A stretch of DNA of 64,000 nucleotides from Fibrobacterales bacterium (GCA_051532055.1 JAOPTX010000023.1:1-64000), one strand, 5' to 3'; positions 30,221 to 41,442 are shown, counted from the stretch's first letter. Notes: generated by a model from the sequence alone, not told the origin. Program-made: numbers and translations.

Positions 30221-30630
30221 ACAAAAACAAAATACAATATTACCATCATGATTATGACATTAATTGTATGATCAACTTTGCTTAGAAGATAAAACTTCTG
30301 GGGAAACGATTTAACAGAGAGTATTTCATTTTGAATTTTAAAGCTGAGCCACCCACCCGCAAAAAGTTTGACCGCAACGAGCCCAAGAATCAATACACTA
30401 AAATTTGCAAAGTAGAGCAAAGCTACATAGATGAGCGGGAGTATAAAATAGACCACAAAGCTGAGCATTGAAAACCCTTGTGTTTCATCGGGGTTTTGTT
30501 TGAGAAGCTCAAGAAAGTCATCTACTTGATTTTCAACAGTTGAATAAGAGAGCGATGTCTGATAGAGGTTATAGGCCAATATAGCGATAGAGGCCACAAT
30601 AACCATTTGTGATGCTAAAATAATATCCAT
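30217..30630 (-). CDS. Hypothetical membrane protein (about 4 TM)
   Basis: Hydrophobic segments; overlaps the next gene start by 4 bp. Confidence 0.7.
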   Translation of the reverse strand: MDIILASQMVIVASIAILAYNLYQTSLSYSTVENQVDDFLELLKQNPDETQGFSMLSFVVYFILPLIYVALLYFANFSVLILGLVAVKLFAGGWLSFKIQNEILSVKSFPQKFYLLSKVDHTINVIIMMVILYFVFV

Positions 30631-30714
30631 TCTTCAAAAATAGATAATTTCTAAGACAATTCCTATAATAGTGCCCATTCAGGCCATGAGATGGTGCGAA
30701 TGAAACCAGCTTTG

Positions 30715-31821
30715 TTAAGAGATACTCCCAACAATCCTCAAATAATTTGAATAACGATTTTCTGAAATTGCTCCGTCTTCAACTGCATGAATTATAGCAC
30801 ACCCAGGTTCTTTTTGATGTTGGCAATTTGAAAACCGACATTCACCTATCAACGACTCAAAACCAGGAAAATAGTGAGCAACAGATTCTGGCTCTATTTT
30901 CCAGAGTCCCAGCTCCCGAATCCCCGGGGTATCTATAACCATTGCATCTTCAGACAGGGAATAAAGGGTAGAAACAGTCGTCGCATGCTTTCCTTTACCA
31001 TCTGATTCGCGTACTTCTTTAGTTTTAAGGTCAAGACTTGGAATGAGCGCCTGGATAAGTGTTGATTTACCAACACCTGACTGACCCGTAAGAACTGATA
31101 GTCCATTCGCCATCTCGGCACGTAATTCTTCGAGACCCTCACCATTTTCAGCGGAGGTCAAAATAGTTTTTTGAGCAAGTTCAGAGTATTCGAGGAGCTG
31201 TGGGGTAAGTTCGCCGTAAAGATCTTTCTTATTTATTACAAGAATCATGTCGAGCTCCGAATAGGCGCATACAAGAAGGTAACGATCAAGAAACCCTGGA
31301 TTAAATTGATCAGGTACTCCAGAGCAAACAATAAATACTTTATCAATATTTGATGCTAATACGAGCTCACTATTGATTCTATCCCGGGGACCAGGCCGCG
31401 ACAATTTAGTAGTGCGCTCAAGCAGATCGATAATATAAAAAGTGTCGCCATCAACATCTTGAGCAATAGTTACTCTATCGCCCGGTGCAAGCCGACCATA
31501 TTCTCTCAGGTCAAGATTTGCAGCATACCAGCACTTAAAAAACTCTCCAGAAGCCGCTCGTACTACTGAAGTTCTTCGGTGTACTTCAACAACAAGCACC
31601 TCTTGCCTTTCGGCTGTAAGGAGTTCTTCTTGTTTTTTAACTTTCATCTTGGGTTTTTTAGCTTCTCGTGACCACCGCTCTTTCGTTCGGTACTCTTCAT
31701 CCAGAGTACCACTTTGCCATTCTTGATAGACATCTCGTCGTTTCGCACGATCTTTACGTCTACTTTTGTAGCTATTCTCTTCTGAATCGTGATTTTCTTG
31801 ACTTTCTTGATTTTCGTTCAA
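30715..31821 (-). CDS. rsgA: Ribosome small subunit-dependent GTPase A
   Basis: NKKDL, GQSGVGKSTL, GKHATT, DTPGIR, CRFSNCQH.EPGC. Confidence 0.97.
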   Translation of the reverse strand: MNENQESQENHDSEENSYKSRRKDRAKRRDVYQEWQSGTLDEEYRTKERWSREAKKPKMKVKKQEELLTAERQEVLVVEVHRRTSVVRAASGEFFKCWYAANLDLREYGRLAPGDRVTIAQDVDGDTFYIIDLLERTTKLSRPGPRDRINSELVLASNIDKVFIVCSGVPDQFNPGFLDRYLLVCAYSELDMILVINKKDLYGELTPQLLEYSELAQKTILTSAENGEGLEELRAEMANGLSVLTGQSGVGKSTLIQALIPSLDLKTKEVRESDGKGKHATTVSTLYSLSEDAMVIDTPGIRELGLWKIEPESVAHYFPGFESLIGECRFSNCQHQKEPGCAIIHAVEDGAISENRYSNYLRIVGSIS

Positions 31822-31989
31822 AAATCCGCCTTTGTTGCCACTCTCTTATAAAAATATCTTATAGAAAGGCAATTCGCCAGAGCCAATGACGACAAATACC
31901 AGTTTATCCTCTTTTTACCCTCTCTGCAATTGAGGCAACCCAGTGAAAAAGGTATATTTATGGCGAATTCAGATCTTTCCAGGATAATC

Positions 31990-33888
31990 ATGAGTGATGC
32001 TATAAAGCATGAATGCGGTATTGTATTAATACGTCTCCTTAAACCCCTTCAATACTATCAGGAGAAATATGGGAGCGCCCTTTATGGACTAAACAAGCTC
32101 TACCTCCTCATGGAAAAACAGCACAATCGAGGGCAAGATGGCGCAGGTATTGGCACTATCAAATTTGACCTCGAAGCAGGGCGTAACTATATCAACCGAT
32201 ATAGAGCCAATGATTCACAGCCTATTAAAACAATTTTTAATAAAGTCTATTCAAAAATCGAGCAAGCTCATAGAAGTAGTCCCGAAGATTACAAAAATCC
32301 AGAGTGGCTAAAACGCAATGCGCCATTTATTGGCGAACTTTACCTTGGGCACCTTCGATATGGCACCTATGGCAAGAACGACATCCGCTCATGCCACCCT
32401 TTTATCCGTAAGAGTAATTGGAAGACCAGAAATTTCATGCTTGCAGGAAACTTTAATCTTACCAATGTTGATGAATTATTTAATCAACTCGTAGAGATTG
32501 GGCAATACCCAAAAGAACGTAAAGACACTGTTACTGCTCTTGAAAAAATTGGCCACTTTATTGATATGGAAAATAACTCTCTCCATCATAAATACAATAA
32601 AGAAGGCATACACAACAAAGATATTACTGCTCTTATTAGTCAGAATATGGATCTCCCTCGTATACTAAGTGAAGCAACCAAAAAATGGGATGGCGGCTAT
32701 GCTATCTGTGGCATGCTCGGGCATGGAGACGCCTTTGTTATGCGCGACCCTGCAGGAATTAGACCAGCATTCTATTATCATGACGATGAAATTGCTATTG
32801 TAACATCTGAACGCCCAGCAATACAAACGGCTCTGAATATTCAGACAGACCAAATAAAAGAGATCAAACCAGGACACGCCCTCATTATCAAGCGCAATGG
32901 AGAGATCACCGAAAACAAAATAAAAGAGCCCCTACCTCCGGCCCCCTGTTCATTTGAGCGCATATACTTTTCAAGAGGGAGCGATAGAGACATTTACCAA
33001 GAACGAAAAATGCTTGGTAAACTCCTTGCGCCTTCTATTCTTAAATCGGTTAACTACGACATTGCGAATACAGTATTCTCATTTATTCCAAACACTGCGG
33101 AAACATCTTTCTACGGCGTAATAGAGGGGGTCAACGATTACATCAAAGGCCTTAAAAAAGAGAAACTCAAAGCAATCGAAGGTACACCCACCGACGAACA
33201 AATTGAAGAGATTTTGAGTCTCGAATGTAGAGTCGAAAAGGTAGCGATCAAAGATGCCAAACTCAGAACATTTATTACTCAAGATAATCAACGAGACGAT
33301 TTAGTTGAGCACGTTTACGACATTACTTATGGCTCTGTGAGACCGAACGACAATTTAGTACTTATTGACGACTCTATTGTTCGTGGAACAACTCTTAAAC
33401 AGAGTATTCTAAGAATTACGGACCGTCTACAACCTAAGAAAATTGTGATAGCCTCATCTGCTCCTCAAATTCGATATCCTGACTGCTATGGCATCGATAT
33501 GGCTCGTCTTGGTGACTTTGCTGCTTTTAAAGCAATGATAGCACTGAATAAAGAGAATGGCAAAGATGTACTCATACAAGAAGTATATAAGAAATGTAAG
33601 GCACAGCTTGCCCTCCCCAAAGAAGAGATTCAAAACTTCGTCAAAGACCTCTACAAGGACTTTACTGCAGAACAAATCTCTGCTAAAATTGCAGAACAAG
33701 TACGCCCGTATGATATCAATGCAGATGTTGAAATTGTATACCAAAGCATTGAAAACCTCCATGAAGCATGCCCCAACAATAAAGGCGACTGGTACTTTAC
33801 TGGTAACTACCCAACTCCGGGTGGAAACAAAGTAGTGAATCAATCGTATGTAAACTTTATTGAAGGACGCACCATTAGAGCATATTAA
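31990..33888 (+). CDS. purF: Amidophosphoribosyltransferase (long Bacteroidota-type)
   Basis: MSDAIKHECG, HNRGQDGAG, CSFERIYFSRG, DDSIVRGTT, YGIDM. Confidence 0.95.
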   Translation: MSDAIKHECGIVLIRLLKPLQYYQEKYGSALYGLNKLYLLMEKQHNRGQDGAGIGTIKFDLEAGRNYINRYRANDSQPIKTIFNKVYSKIEQAHRSSPEDYKNPEWLKRNAPFIGELYLGHLRYGTYGKNDIRSCHPFIRKSNWKTRNFMLAGNFNLTNVDELFNQLVEIGQYPKERKDTVTALEKIGHFIDMENNSLHHKYNKEGIHNKDITALISQNMDLPRILSEATKKWDGGYAICGMLGHGDAFVMRDPAGIRPAFYYHDDEIAIVTSERPAIQTALNIQTDQIKEIKPGHALIIKRNGEITENKIKEPLPPAPCSFERIYFSRGSDRDIYQERKMLGKLLAPSILKSVNYDIANTVFSFIPNTAETSFYGVIEGVNDYIKGLKKEKLKAIEGTPTDEQIEEILSLECRVEKVAIKDAKLRTFITQDNQRDDLVEHVYDITYGSVRPNDNLVLIDDSIVRGTTLKQSILRITDRLQPKKIVIASSAPQIRYPDCYGIDMARLGDFAAFKAMIALNKENGKDVLIQEVYKKCKAQLALPKEEIQNFVKDLYKDFTAEQISAKIAEQVRPYDINADVEIVYQSIENLHEACPNNKGDWYFTGNYPTPGGNKVVNQSYVNFIEGRTIRAY

Positions 33889-33898
33889 GATAAACTAA

Positions 33899-33956
33899 CA
33901 CAAGATTGAAGCCTGGGCTACCAACGAGTGGTACGGGTTCAGCCTTCAATCTTGTG
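33899..33956 (+). repeat. Long imperfect inverted repeat
   Basis: Perfect 13-bp CACAAGATTGAAG/CTTCAATCTTGTG arms, with an inner G:U-containing stem. Confidence 0.75.
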
Positions 33957-34018
33957 ACTTAAGGCTCTCTCAGAAAATTCATACAACGACCTGAATAGAT
34001 TTTCCTATCTTTTTTGAT

Positions 34019-34933
34019 ATGAAACAGGGATGGCATACCTCAATACATATTACACTTTATACGCTGGCTATGGGAATGACTATAACCTTGCTCGTGCTAT
34101 GGAATGTTTATCTAGTCAGTGACTATGACACCGTCAAAGAACTCCTTGGAGATCGATACAAGGATTCAACTCGATGGGTGGTCTTGGCGCTTGGATGTAC
34201 TTTTTTTGCCCTCATCATGATGGTAATCTCTATATATTTTGCTTCAATTGTTCGAAATAAACGATTCTTAAAACTCCAACAACATTTTGTTAATTTAACG
34301 ACTCATGAGCTAAAAACTCCGCTCTCTACAATTTTGCTCTTTTCTCAGACAATTTTAGATCGCGACCCTCCAAAGGAGAAGACAGAAGAGTTTGTGCAGC
34401 ACATCCATACTGAGACCACTTACCTCTCTGAACTTGTTTCCAAGCTCCTTGAAGCGCGAGTCATGGACAACCAGAAGTCACACCTCTCATTTACAGCCAT
34501 GAACCTCAAGGAGGTTCTTCACCAAAGCATGGACCGATACAAACGGGAGTATACTCTTACCATTCCCGACTATATCTCAGTTGCTGTGGACTCATTTTAC
34601 TTCCCCTTAGCCATTAGTAATATCCTTGCAAATGCTGATAAATACGCCCCCGATGGACGTGTTGATATAAAAGCCACTATTACTAAAAGACGATGTAAAT
34701 TGAGTATTTCTGACCAAGGAACAGGGCTTCAAGAAAAAGAGCTCAAGAAAATATTCAACCGTTTTTATCAAACAAAAAAAGTGGTCACCCATTATAAACG
34801 CGGTGTTGGGCTAGGACTTTTTTTGGTAAAAGAGATAATACGTATGCACAAAGGCACTGTTCGCGCCTACAATAACACCCCAGGAACCGGACTCACAATT
34901 GAAATAACCCTCCCAATGGTAACCCAGCAATGA
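34019..34933 (+). CDS. Sensor histidine kinase (2 TM, short loop)
   Basis: THELKTPL H-box, NADKY, DQGTG, GVGLGL. Confidence 0.95.
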   Translation: MKQGWHTSIHITLYTLAMGMTITLLVLWNVYLVSDYDTVKELLGDRYKDSTRWVVLALGCTFFALIMMVISIYFASIVRNKRFLKLQQHFVNLTTHELKTPLSTILLFSQTILDRDPPKEKTEEFVQHIHTETTYLSELVSKLLEARVMDNQKSHLSFTAMNLKEVLHQSMDRYKREYTLTIPDYISVAVDSFYFPLAISNILANADKYAPDGRVDIKATITKRRCKLSISDQGTGLQEKELKKIFNRFYQTKKVVTHYKRGVGLGLFLVKEIIRMHKGTVRAYNNTPGTGLTIEITLPMVTQQ

Positions 34934-35634
34934 GCAATGAAAAAATACTTCTTGTAGAAGATGATGCAAACATGGCTATTGCCCTTAAATTTAATCTTGA
35001 TATGGAAGGGTGGGATGTAGATCATGTCGTCAGTGCCGAAGAAGCTATGGCCCTTATTCCAAGAAATGATTATAGTCTCTTAATTCTCGATATAATGCTC
35101 CCTGGAATATCTGGTGTTGAGCTTCTTAAACAGTTTCGATCACACAACAAGATTTTACCAGTCATTATGACTTCAGCCAAAGATAGTAACGAGGATATTG
35201 TTGAAGCCCTCAAGCTCGGTGCCGATGACTACATAACAAAACCTTTTGATCTTAAAGTATTTATTGCAAAGGTTACTGCAATGATGCGCAGTAGAAAGCT
35301 TCTTTCTCCACAAGCAGATCAACAAACCCCTTCTAAAGTACTATTTGCAAACTGCTGGATTGACTTTACCACTTCAATGGCAGGAAATAATGAGGAAGAG
35401 TTTAGACTCAGCTATAAAGAAACACTTATAATGAAACTCCTCGTAGAGAGTAAAGGCACTGTTGTGAGTCGTGATGATTTTTGGAAAAAAATATGGGGAG
35501 CAGAGACCTCGCTCAACTCTCGAACCCTCGACAACTTCATGTATCAACTTCGGAAGAGATTTGAAGTGAACCCCTCAAAACCTAAACATATTCTTAAAGC
35601 TCACGGCGAAGGGTATCGTTTTATTCAAGAGTAA
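34930..35634 (+). CDS. OmpR/PhoB-family response regulator
   Basis: LVEDD, LDIMLP, GADDYITKPF and a winged-helix C-terminus (GEGYRF). Confidence 0.96.
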   Translation: MSNEKILLVEDDANMAIALKFNLDMEGWDVDHVVSAEEAMALIPRNDYSLLILDIMLPGISGVELLKQFRSHNKILPVIMTSAKDSNEDIVEALKLGADDYITKPFDLKVFIAKVTAMMRSRKLLSPQADQQTPSKVLFANCWIDFTTSMAGNNEEEFRLSYKETLIMKLLVESKGTVVSRDDFWKKIWGAETSLNSRTLDNFMYQLRKRFEVNPSKPKHILKAHGEGYRFIQE

Positions 35635-35649
35635 TTTTTAGAGGTATTA

Positions 35650-36240
35650 TTAAATATTTTCTACTTGTATTTTCCCGATGAGAACTGATACTTGATCCTG
35701 TAGTAATTCAAAGCTCCCAGAATTATGTATTATGTAATCACCAAATGGGATTTTCTCATCTTGCGACATCTGCGAACTTATTCGGCTTAAGGCTTCAACT
35801 TCAGAAAGGTTATTCCTCCTTTGTAATCGTTCACACCGAAGGTCATCATCACAGGTAACCACAACAAGCGCATCAAAATACTCTTGCACCTCCCACTCAA
35901 TAATCAATGCAGCATCTAATACAACATCTTCACCCATTTTGGAGAATACTTTAAAGTGAATATACTGCATTAATTTTGGATGCACAATTGTATTAAGCTG
36001 TGTTAGCTTTGCCCCATCAGAAAAAACAATAGCTCCAAGCTCTGTTCTATTAAGAGTTCCATCTGAATTAAGTATTTGAGTACCGAATGTTTGCCCTAGC
36101 TGACCCACTAACTCACTATTATTTTCGTAGAGTTCGTGGGCAAGAGTATCTGCATCGAACACAGTAAACCCAGCTTTTGCAAAACCTTTTGCTACTTCAG
36201 ATTTACCCGACGCAATGTTTCCTGTTATTCCAATAATCAT
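35650..36240 (-). CDS. coaE: Dephospho-CoA kinase
   Basis: IGITGNIASGKS, DAD, LN.IVHP, SQM. Confidence 0.96.
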   Translation of the reverse strand: MIIGITGNIASGKSEVAKGFAKAGFTVFDADTLAHELYENNSELVGQLGQTFGTQILNSDGTLNRTELGAIVFSDGAKLTQLNTIVHPKLMQYIHFKVFSKMGEDVVLDAALIIEWEVQEYFDALVVVTCDDDLRCERLQRRNNLSEVEALSRISSQMSQDEKIPFGDYIIHNSGSFELLQDQVSVLIGKIQVENI

Positions 36241-36264
36241 AGGTTATTCTCAGTACTTATTTGT

Positions 36265-38976
36265 TTAATGGGCTTGTAGCCAGTTGGAACCTTCACCAAT
36301 CTCTACCGTAAGGGGAACATCGAGTATAACTGCCTTCTCCATTTCTCGTTGAATAATTTCTTTTGCAGCAACAAGATCACTCTTAGCAATCTCAAACACT
36401 AATTCATCATGCACCTGAAGTAACATTTGAATATCTAGGGATGACTCTTTGAGTACAGCGTCGAGATTAATCATTGCCTTTTTAATGATACCCGCAGCAG
36501 TGCCTTGTACTGCTGTACTCACTGCCATTCGTTCAGCACCATTTCGAATGTTTCCATTCTCTGAGTTAAGATCTGGAATATGTCTTCGATGCCCAAAAAG
36601 TGTCTCAACATACTCGTTAGTACGGCCTTTATTCACAACAGCAGCGATATATTCTGTCACATATTCGTAGTGATTAAAATAGTTATCGATAAACTCCTGT
36701 GCTTGAAACCGCGTGATTCCAAGGTCATTTGACAAACGGAAAGCAGACATACCATAGAGAACACCAAAGTTGATCACCTTTGCTTGCCGACGCATCTCTG
36801 GAGCCACTTGCTCCTCAGTCACCTCATACAGTGCCGCGGCAGTTTGCGTGTGAATATCAGCACCTTCTTGATAGGCTTTTTTAAGCTCCGGATCACCACT
36901 CAAATGAGCAAGAACGCGGAGTTCAATTTGTGAGTAATCAGCAGCAACGATAATATGATCATCATCGGATGCAACAAATGCTTTACGAATCTCTTTACCC
37001 TGTTCAGTACGAACGGGGATATTTTGCAAATTAGGATTAACACTTGAAAGACGGCCTGTTGCTGCAATGATCTGATTGTAAGATGTATGGATTTTCTGCG
37101 AGTGTTTAGCTACTAAACTTGGTAACACATCGACATAGGTATTTTTTAACTTACTCAACTCTCGATATTCTAGAATTAATTTAACAATATCAAACTCTTG
37201 CAGCTTTTCTAGAACTGACGCATTGGTTGACCAGCCGGTTTTTGTTTTTTTCCCATGAGGGAGTTCAAGTTTTTCAAAAAGTATGACTGACATCTGTTTA
37301 GGAGATGCGATATTAAATTCTTCACCTGCTAACAGATATATCTCTCCTTCAAGTTCTTCGATCCTATCAGCGAGCTTATCAGAAAGATGTGATAAATGGA
37401 CGGTATCAACAGAAATACCTCTCCCTTCCATATCGAGTAGCACTGGGAGGAGTGGAAGCTCTATTTCATAAAAAGGCTGAGTCAGTTCTTTTACTTCAAG
37501 TTCTTTCTCTAACACATTCCATAGCCGCAATGTAAATACCGCATCTTCAGCCGAATACGTATACGCATCTTGTGCTGTGAGCTCACAAAAAGTGATTTGA
37601 CTTTTACCTTTACCTATAAGCGACTCAATAGGAATCATAGAATGGCCGAGGCGCTGCTTCACCTGTGCATCAAGGCTATGCTCTCTCACACCTGGGTTTA
37701 AGAGATATGACGCAATCATAGTGTCAACATAGGGAGCTGTGACAGGAAACTCATTTGTTCTGAAAACCCCTAAATCATACTTGGCGTTGTGAAATACTAA
37801 TTTCTTAGATTGATCATTCAGCACAGCACTCAATGCAGTCCTCACAACATCAAGAGACAAACAGTGAGAGTCTTTATGGTTTATTGCCACATAAAACCCA
37901 TATTCTTCACTCACACTGAAGCAAATCCCCGCTATCTCTGCTTCATACGGGTTAAGGGATGAGGTCTCTGTATCGACAGCTATAACCGAAGCGCTTTTTA
38001 ATACTGTTACTAGCGCACTCAGGCTCTGCTCTGAATCAATCAATTGGTACTGCGCCTCTTTAACTACCATTGGTATAGCTGGCACATCTTCTTCAACTAC
38101 TTTATCGAGTACTTTTTTAAATGCTCTATTGAGTGATTGCAGCTCAAAACGATCAATAAAATCACCAATAACCGCACCATTTAATCCACTGTATTCTAAA
38201 TCATCAAGGGTTTCATCAATCACAACTTCAGTAGCGAGAGTTACCAGTTTTTGAGAGAGTAATGCTAGTTCATGGTTATTACTCAAATTTGCATTGAGTG
38301 CTTTCGCCTTAATATTGTCGAGGTTTTCATAAATGCCTTCAAGGGAACCGTACTCTAGGAGGAGCTTGGCTGCAGTCTTAATTCCTACTTTCGGAACTCC
38401 TGGAATATTATCCGCTGCATCACCCATGAGTGCCAAAAGATCCCTGACTTGTTCTGGAGGAACCCCCATTTTATTCTCTACATAAGGGGTATCCATAATC
38501 GTATTTGCCACGCCCGCTTTTTCGAGGTTAAACATACAGATATTCTCATCAACGAGCTGCATTAAATCTTTATCTTTAGAATCAATAAAAACCTTGTAGC
38601 CCTCTTTACCAGCATTCAATGCTACAGTAGCTATAACATCATCTGCCTCATAGCCCGCTTTACTCAGAACAGGTATACCACAGATCTCTAGAAACTCATT
38701 AAGATACCCAATCTGAGTTCTCATATCATCGGGCATAGGAGGGCGGTGTGCTTTGTACTCTTCGTACATCTCTTTTCTAAAATCTTTTTCAGGCCTATCA
38801 GTTACAATGGCGAGGTGGGTCACATCAAGTTCATTAATTACACGAAAAAGGTGACTAATATACCCATAGAGTACCGAAGTAAATTCCTCTTTCGAGTTTA
38901 CTAGGGGATTATTGATAAATGCATAGTATGACCGGAAGGCAATTGCATAAGAGTCAATCAATACAAGGTTTTTCAT
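36265..38976 (-). CDS. polA: DNA polymerase I
   Basis: 5'-3' exonuclease (EADD, GD.ADNIPGV), 3'-5' exonuclease (DTET), DYSQIELR, YGMS, QVHDEL. Confidence 0.99.
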   Translation of the reverse strand: MKNLVLIDSYAIAFRSYYAFINNPLVNSKEEFTSVLYGYISHLFRVINELDVTHLAIVTDRPEKDFRKEMYEEYKAHRPPMPDDMRTQIGYLNEFLEICGIPVLSKAGYEADDVIATVALNAGKEGYKVFIDSKDKDLMQLVDENICMFNLEKAGVANTIMDTPYVENKMGVPPEQVRDLLALMGDAADNIPGVPKVGIKTAAKLLLEYGSLEGIYENLDNIKAKALNANLSNNHELALLSQKLVTLATEVVIDETLDDLEYSGLNGAVIGDFIDRFELQSLNRAFKKVLDKVVEEDVPAIPMVVKEAQYQLIDSEQSLSALVTVLKSASVIAVDTETSSLNPYEAEIAGICFSVSEEYGFYVAINHKDSHCLSLDVVRTALSAVLNDQSKKLVFHNAKYDLGVFRTNEFPVTAPYVDTMIASYLLNPGVREHSLDAQVKQRLGHSMIPIESLIGKGKSQITFCELTAQDAYTYSAEDAVFTLRLWNVLEKELEVKELTQPFYEIELPLLPVLLDMEGRGISVDTVHLSHLSDKLADRIEELEGEIYLLAGEEFNIASPKQMSVILFEKLELPHGKKTKTGWSTNASVLEKLQEFDIVKLILEYRELSKLKNTYVDVLPSLVAKHSQKIHTSYNQIIAATGRLSSVNPNLQNIPVRTEQGKEIRKAFVASDDDHIIVAADYSQIELRVLAHLSGDPELKKAYQEGADIHTQTAAALYEVTEEQVAPEMRRQAKVINFGVLYGMSAFRLSNDLGITRFQAQEFIDNYFNHYEYVTEYIAAVVNKGRTNEYVETLFGHRRHIPDLNSENGNIRNGAERMAVSTAVQGTAAGIIKKAMINLDAVLKESSLDIQMLLQVHDELVFEIAKSDLVAAKEIIQREMEKAVILDVPLTVEIGEGSNWLQAH

Positions 38977-39120
38977 ACTTCCTCAATTTTAGGCTAAAAT
39001 CACTGAAATTTGTGCGATTATTGTGGATTCAATATAGAAAAATGGGTATGATATACATAATGGCGAGTATATTTTCTAGCAAATACTCTACTTAAATACA
39101 ACCTGCACCCTGAGCATCAA

Positions 39121-40926
39121 ATGAGATATTCCACTCCTGCATTTCTAATTTTTCTTTTAGTTATTTTAGCGACCTTATCACATGCCCTCCCTTCTGACAC
39201 CATACTCGACTTGCGACACCCAGTCATTCAAACCCAAAATGAAGCCAACGTTATTGACGGTTGGCAAATGCTCTTTTTTGTTATTGGCGGCATGGGAATA
39301 TTTTTAATGGGCATGAGCTTTATGCGTGATGGGCTCCAAATTGTTTCTGGAGCCAAACTCAGAAAACTTATCGCCAAAGCGACCAACAATCGAATTCTTG
39401 CAACACTCGTTGGATTTATCGTAACCACCATTGCACAGTCGAGTACCGTCACCACGGTCATAGCAATCGGCTTTGTTAACAGTGGACTCATGACCCTCAA
39501 ACAATCATTTGGCATTATTATTGGTGCAAACGTTGGCACAACTGTCACTGGTTGGCTCATCGCTCTAAACATAGGAAGATTTGGTCTCCCCATTTTAGGA
39601 ATCGCCTCACTCTTTTATCTCTTCTCTAAAAAGGAGAAGCTAAAATATATCGCACTTGCCATTGCCGGCGTTGGAATGATTTTCTTTGGTATTGAACTTA
39701 TGAAAAATGGACTCAAGCCAGTGAGATCACTCCCAGAATTTTACGCGTGGTTTACAGTAATCGACGCAGCATCTCTTGCCTATACTGACATCATTCTCGC
39801 CGCCACAATTGGGTGCATACTTACAATGATGGTACATTCCTCTGCTGCCGTCCTTGCAATCACCATCAGCATGGCCGGATCCGGCATGCTCAACTTTGAG
39901 ACGTCCGTCGCACTTATACTCGGCCAAAATATTGGAACAACAATTACCGCGTTTATGGCATCCATAGGGGCATCTACAAATGCGCGACGCGCCTCAATGT
40001 TTCACATTGCCTTTAATGTTCTTGGGGCACTGTGGGTTATTATTATTTTTAAGTATTATCTAATTGCCGTTGAATCCATTCTCACATTCCTGGGTATGTG
40101 GGACACCATTGGCATAGAAGGCCAGCTCGCAGCAAGCCACACAATCTTTAACATTATAAATACCATTATCTTTTTACCTCTTACTACATACTTTGGCGTC
40201 TATCTTAAAAAAATTGTCAAAGATAAAACCAAAAAACAAAATGCTATCACCCAACTCGACTATCAACTTCTTTCTTCAAGCTATGCAGCCATAACACAAA
40301 GCCAGCATGAAATAACCAAAATGGCACGAGTTGCAAAAAAAATGTTTTACAAACTAAGGACAATTTTAGAAGCCAAAGAGGACACGTCAAAAGAGTACCA
40401 ATACATATTGAATAGAGAAGAGGATCTTGATACAGTACAACAGGAGATAACCGCTTTTTTAACCGAACTCCTTGGCGGACAACAGGCCAAAAAAGTTGCA
40501 GAAGCCGGTAAAGACCAAATTAGACTCGCAGACGAACTTGAGTCAGTGAGTGACTACATTGCCTTTATTGCTCGAAATAGAGCACGCCTTGATGAACAGG
40601 GCCTCCATTTAAGTACTGGTCAACGCAACGAAATTCTCGACCTCCATGAGCGGGTAATGAAATACTTTAAACGAGTAATTAAAATTAAAGCTGAAAACCA
40701 GACAAGGGACTATCTTAACCAGACAAAGGCCATAAGTACCGATATCAGTGATCACGTTCTTAAACTACGAGAGATGCACTGGCACCGAATCGAAGAACGA
40801 AAAATCGATCCACTCCTTACTACCGCATACATGGATATTATCCAAGCCTATCGTAAAATAAAAAATCATCTGAAAAATGTCGTCTCTGTCCGTACGACCG
40901 GTAACTACGAAAAACTAGAAGAATAA
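39121..40926 (+). CDS. Na+/phosphate cotransporter family protein with PhoU-like C-terminus
   Basis: QSS and HSS repeats, GANVGTT/GQNIGTT, helical tail with ELESVSD. Confidence 0.92.
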   Translation: MRYSTPAFLIFLLVILATLSHALPSDTILDLRHPVIQTQNEANVIDGWQMLFFVIGGMGIFLMGMSFMRDGLQIVSGAKLRKLIAKATNNRILATLVGFIVTTIAQSSTVTTVIAIGFVNSGLMTLKQSFGIIIGANVGTTVTGWLIALNIGRFGLPILGIASLFYLFSKKEKLKYIALAIAGVGMIFFGIELMKNGLKPVRSLPEFYAWFTVIDAASLAYTDIILAATIGCILTMMVHSSAAVLAITISMAGSGMLNFETSVALILGQNIGTTITAFMASIGASTNARRASMFHIAFNVLGALWVIIIFKYYLIAVESILTFLGMWDTIGIEGQLAASHTIFNIINTIIFLPLTTYFGVYLKKIVKDKTKKQNAITQLDYQLLSSSYAAITQSQHEITKMARVAKKMFYKLRTILEAKEDTSKEYQYILNREEDLDTVQQEITAFLTELLGGQQAKKVAEAGKDQIRLADELESVSDYIAFIARNRARLDEQGLHLSTGQRNEILDLHERVMKYFKRVIKIKAENQTRDYLNQTKAISTDISDHVLKLREMHWHRIEERKIDPLLTTAYMDIIQAYRKIKNHLKNVVSVRTTGNYEKLEE

Positions 40927-40984
40927 GGTATCCTCAACAATACTTTAAGATAGAGGATACCATACCTAAAAACCCTACTTAATG

Positions 40985-41329
40985 TTAATAAAGCGAGATA
41001 TACTGTAGCTTGCAAAAGCCATGATCAGTAATACTCAAATCAACCCCTACCTCTACTGTTTTATCAGAACTTTTTGCAGCCATGATTATTGAGTGAGCAT
41101 AAGTATCTTCATTATTGATCATTACCATTGACTTGTCGTCAGTTTTTTTACACCCAGGCAATTCTTTATCAATCAATATCCATGACTTACCACTCCAGTC
41201 AGGTAATGCTATATCAGTTGCGTGATATCTATATTTCACAATTTTTGCGTTATCTGCTTGCACGTAGGCACTCGCAATAGATGTAGCAAGCAGAATAGAA
41301 GAGAATAAAATTTTTGTTAACATTTTCAT
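40985..41329 (-). CDS. Small secreted hypothetical protein (2 Cys)
   Basis: Signal peptide ending ASA-Y, AAGGA SD, S..MAA....K.V.V pattern. Confidence 0.7.
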   Translation of the reverse strand: MKMLTKILFSSILLATSIASAYVQADNAKIVKYRYHATDIALPDWSGKSWILIDKELPGCKKTDDKSMVMINNEDTYAHSIIMAAKSSDKTVEVGVDLSITDHGFCKLQYISLY

Positions 41330-41362
41330 AAATAGTTCCTTTTTAAGTTTGTATGAAATAAG

Positions 41363-41379
41363 ACTGATTATTAATCAGT
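41363..41379. promoter_or_regulatory. Palindrome ACTGATTA-T-TAATCAGT
   Basis: Perfect 8-bp arms 34 bp upstream of ORF 41329. Confidence 0.45.
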
Positions 41380-41442
41380 GATGAAAAAATTATAAAATAC
41401 ATTATAATCACAACTAGCTCCAAAGTACAAATAACACAATAA

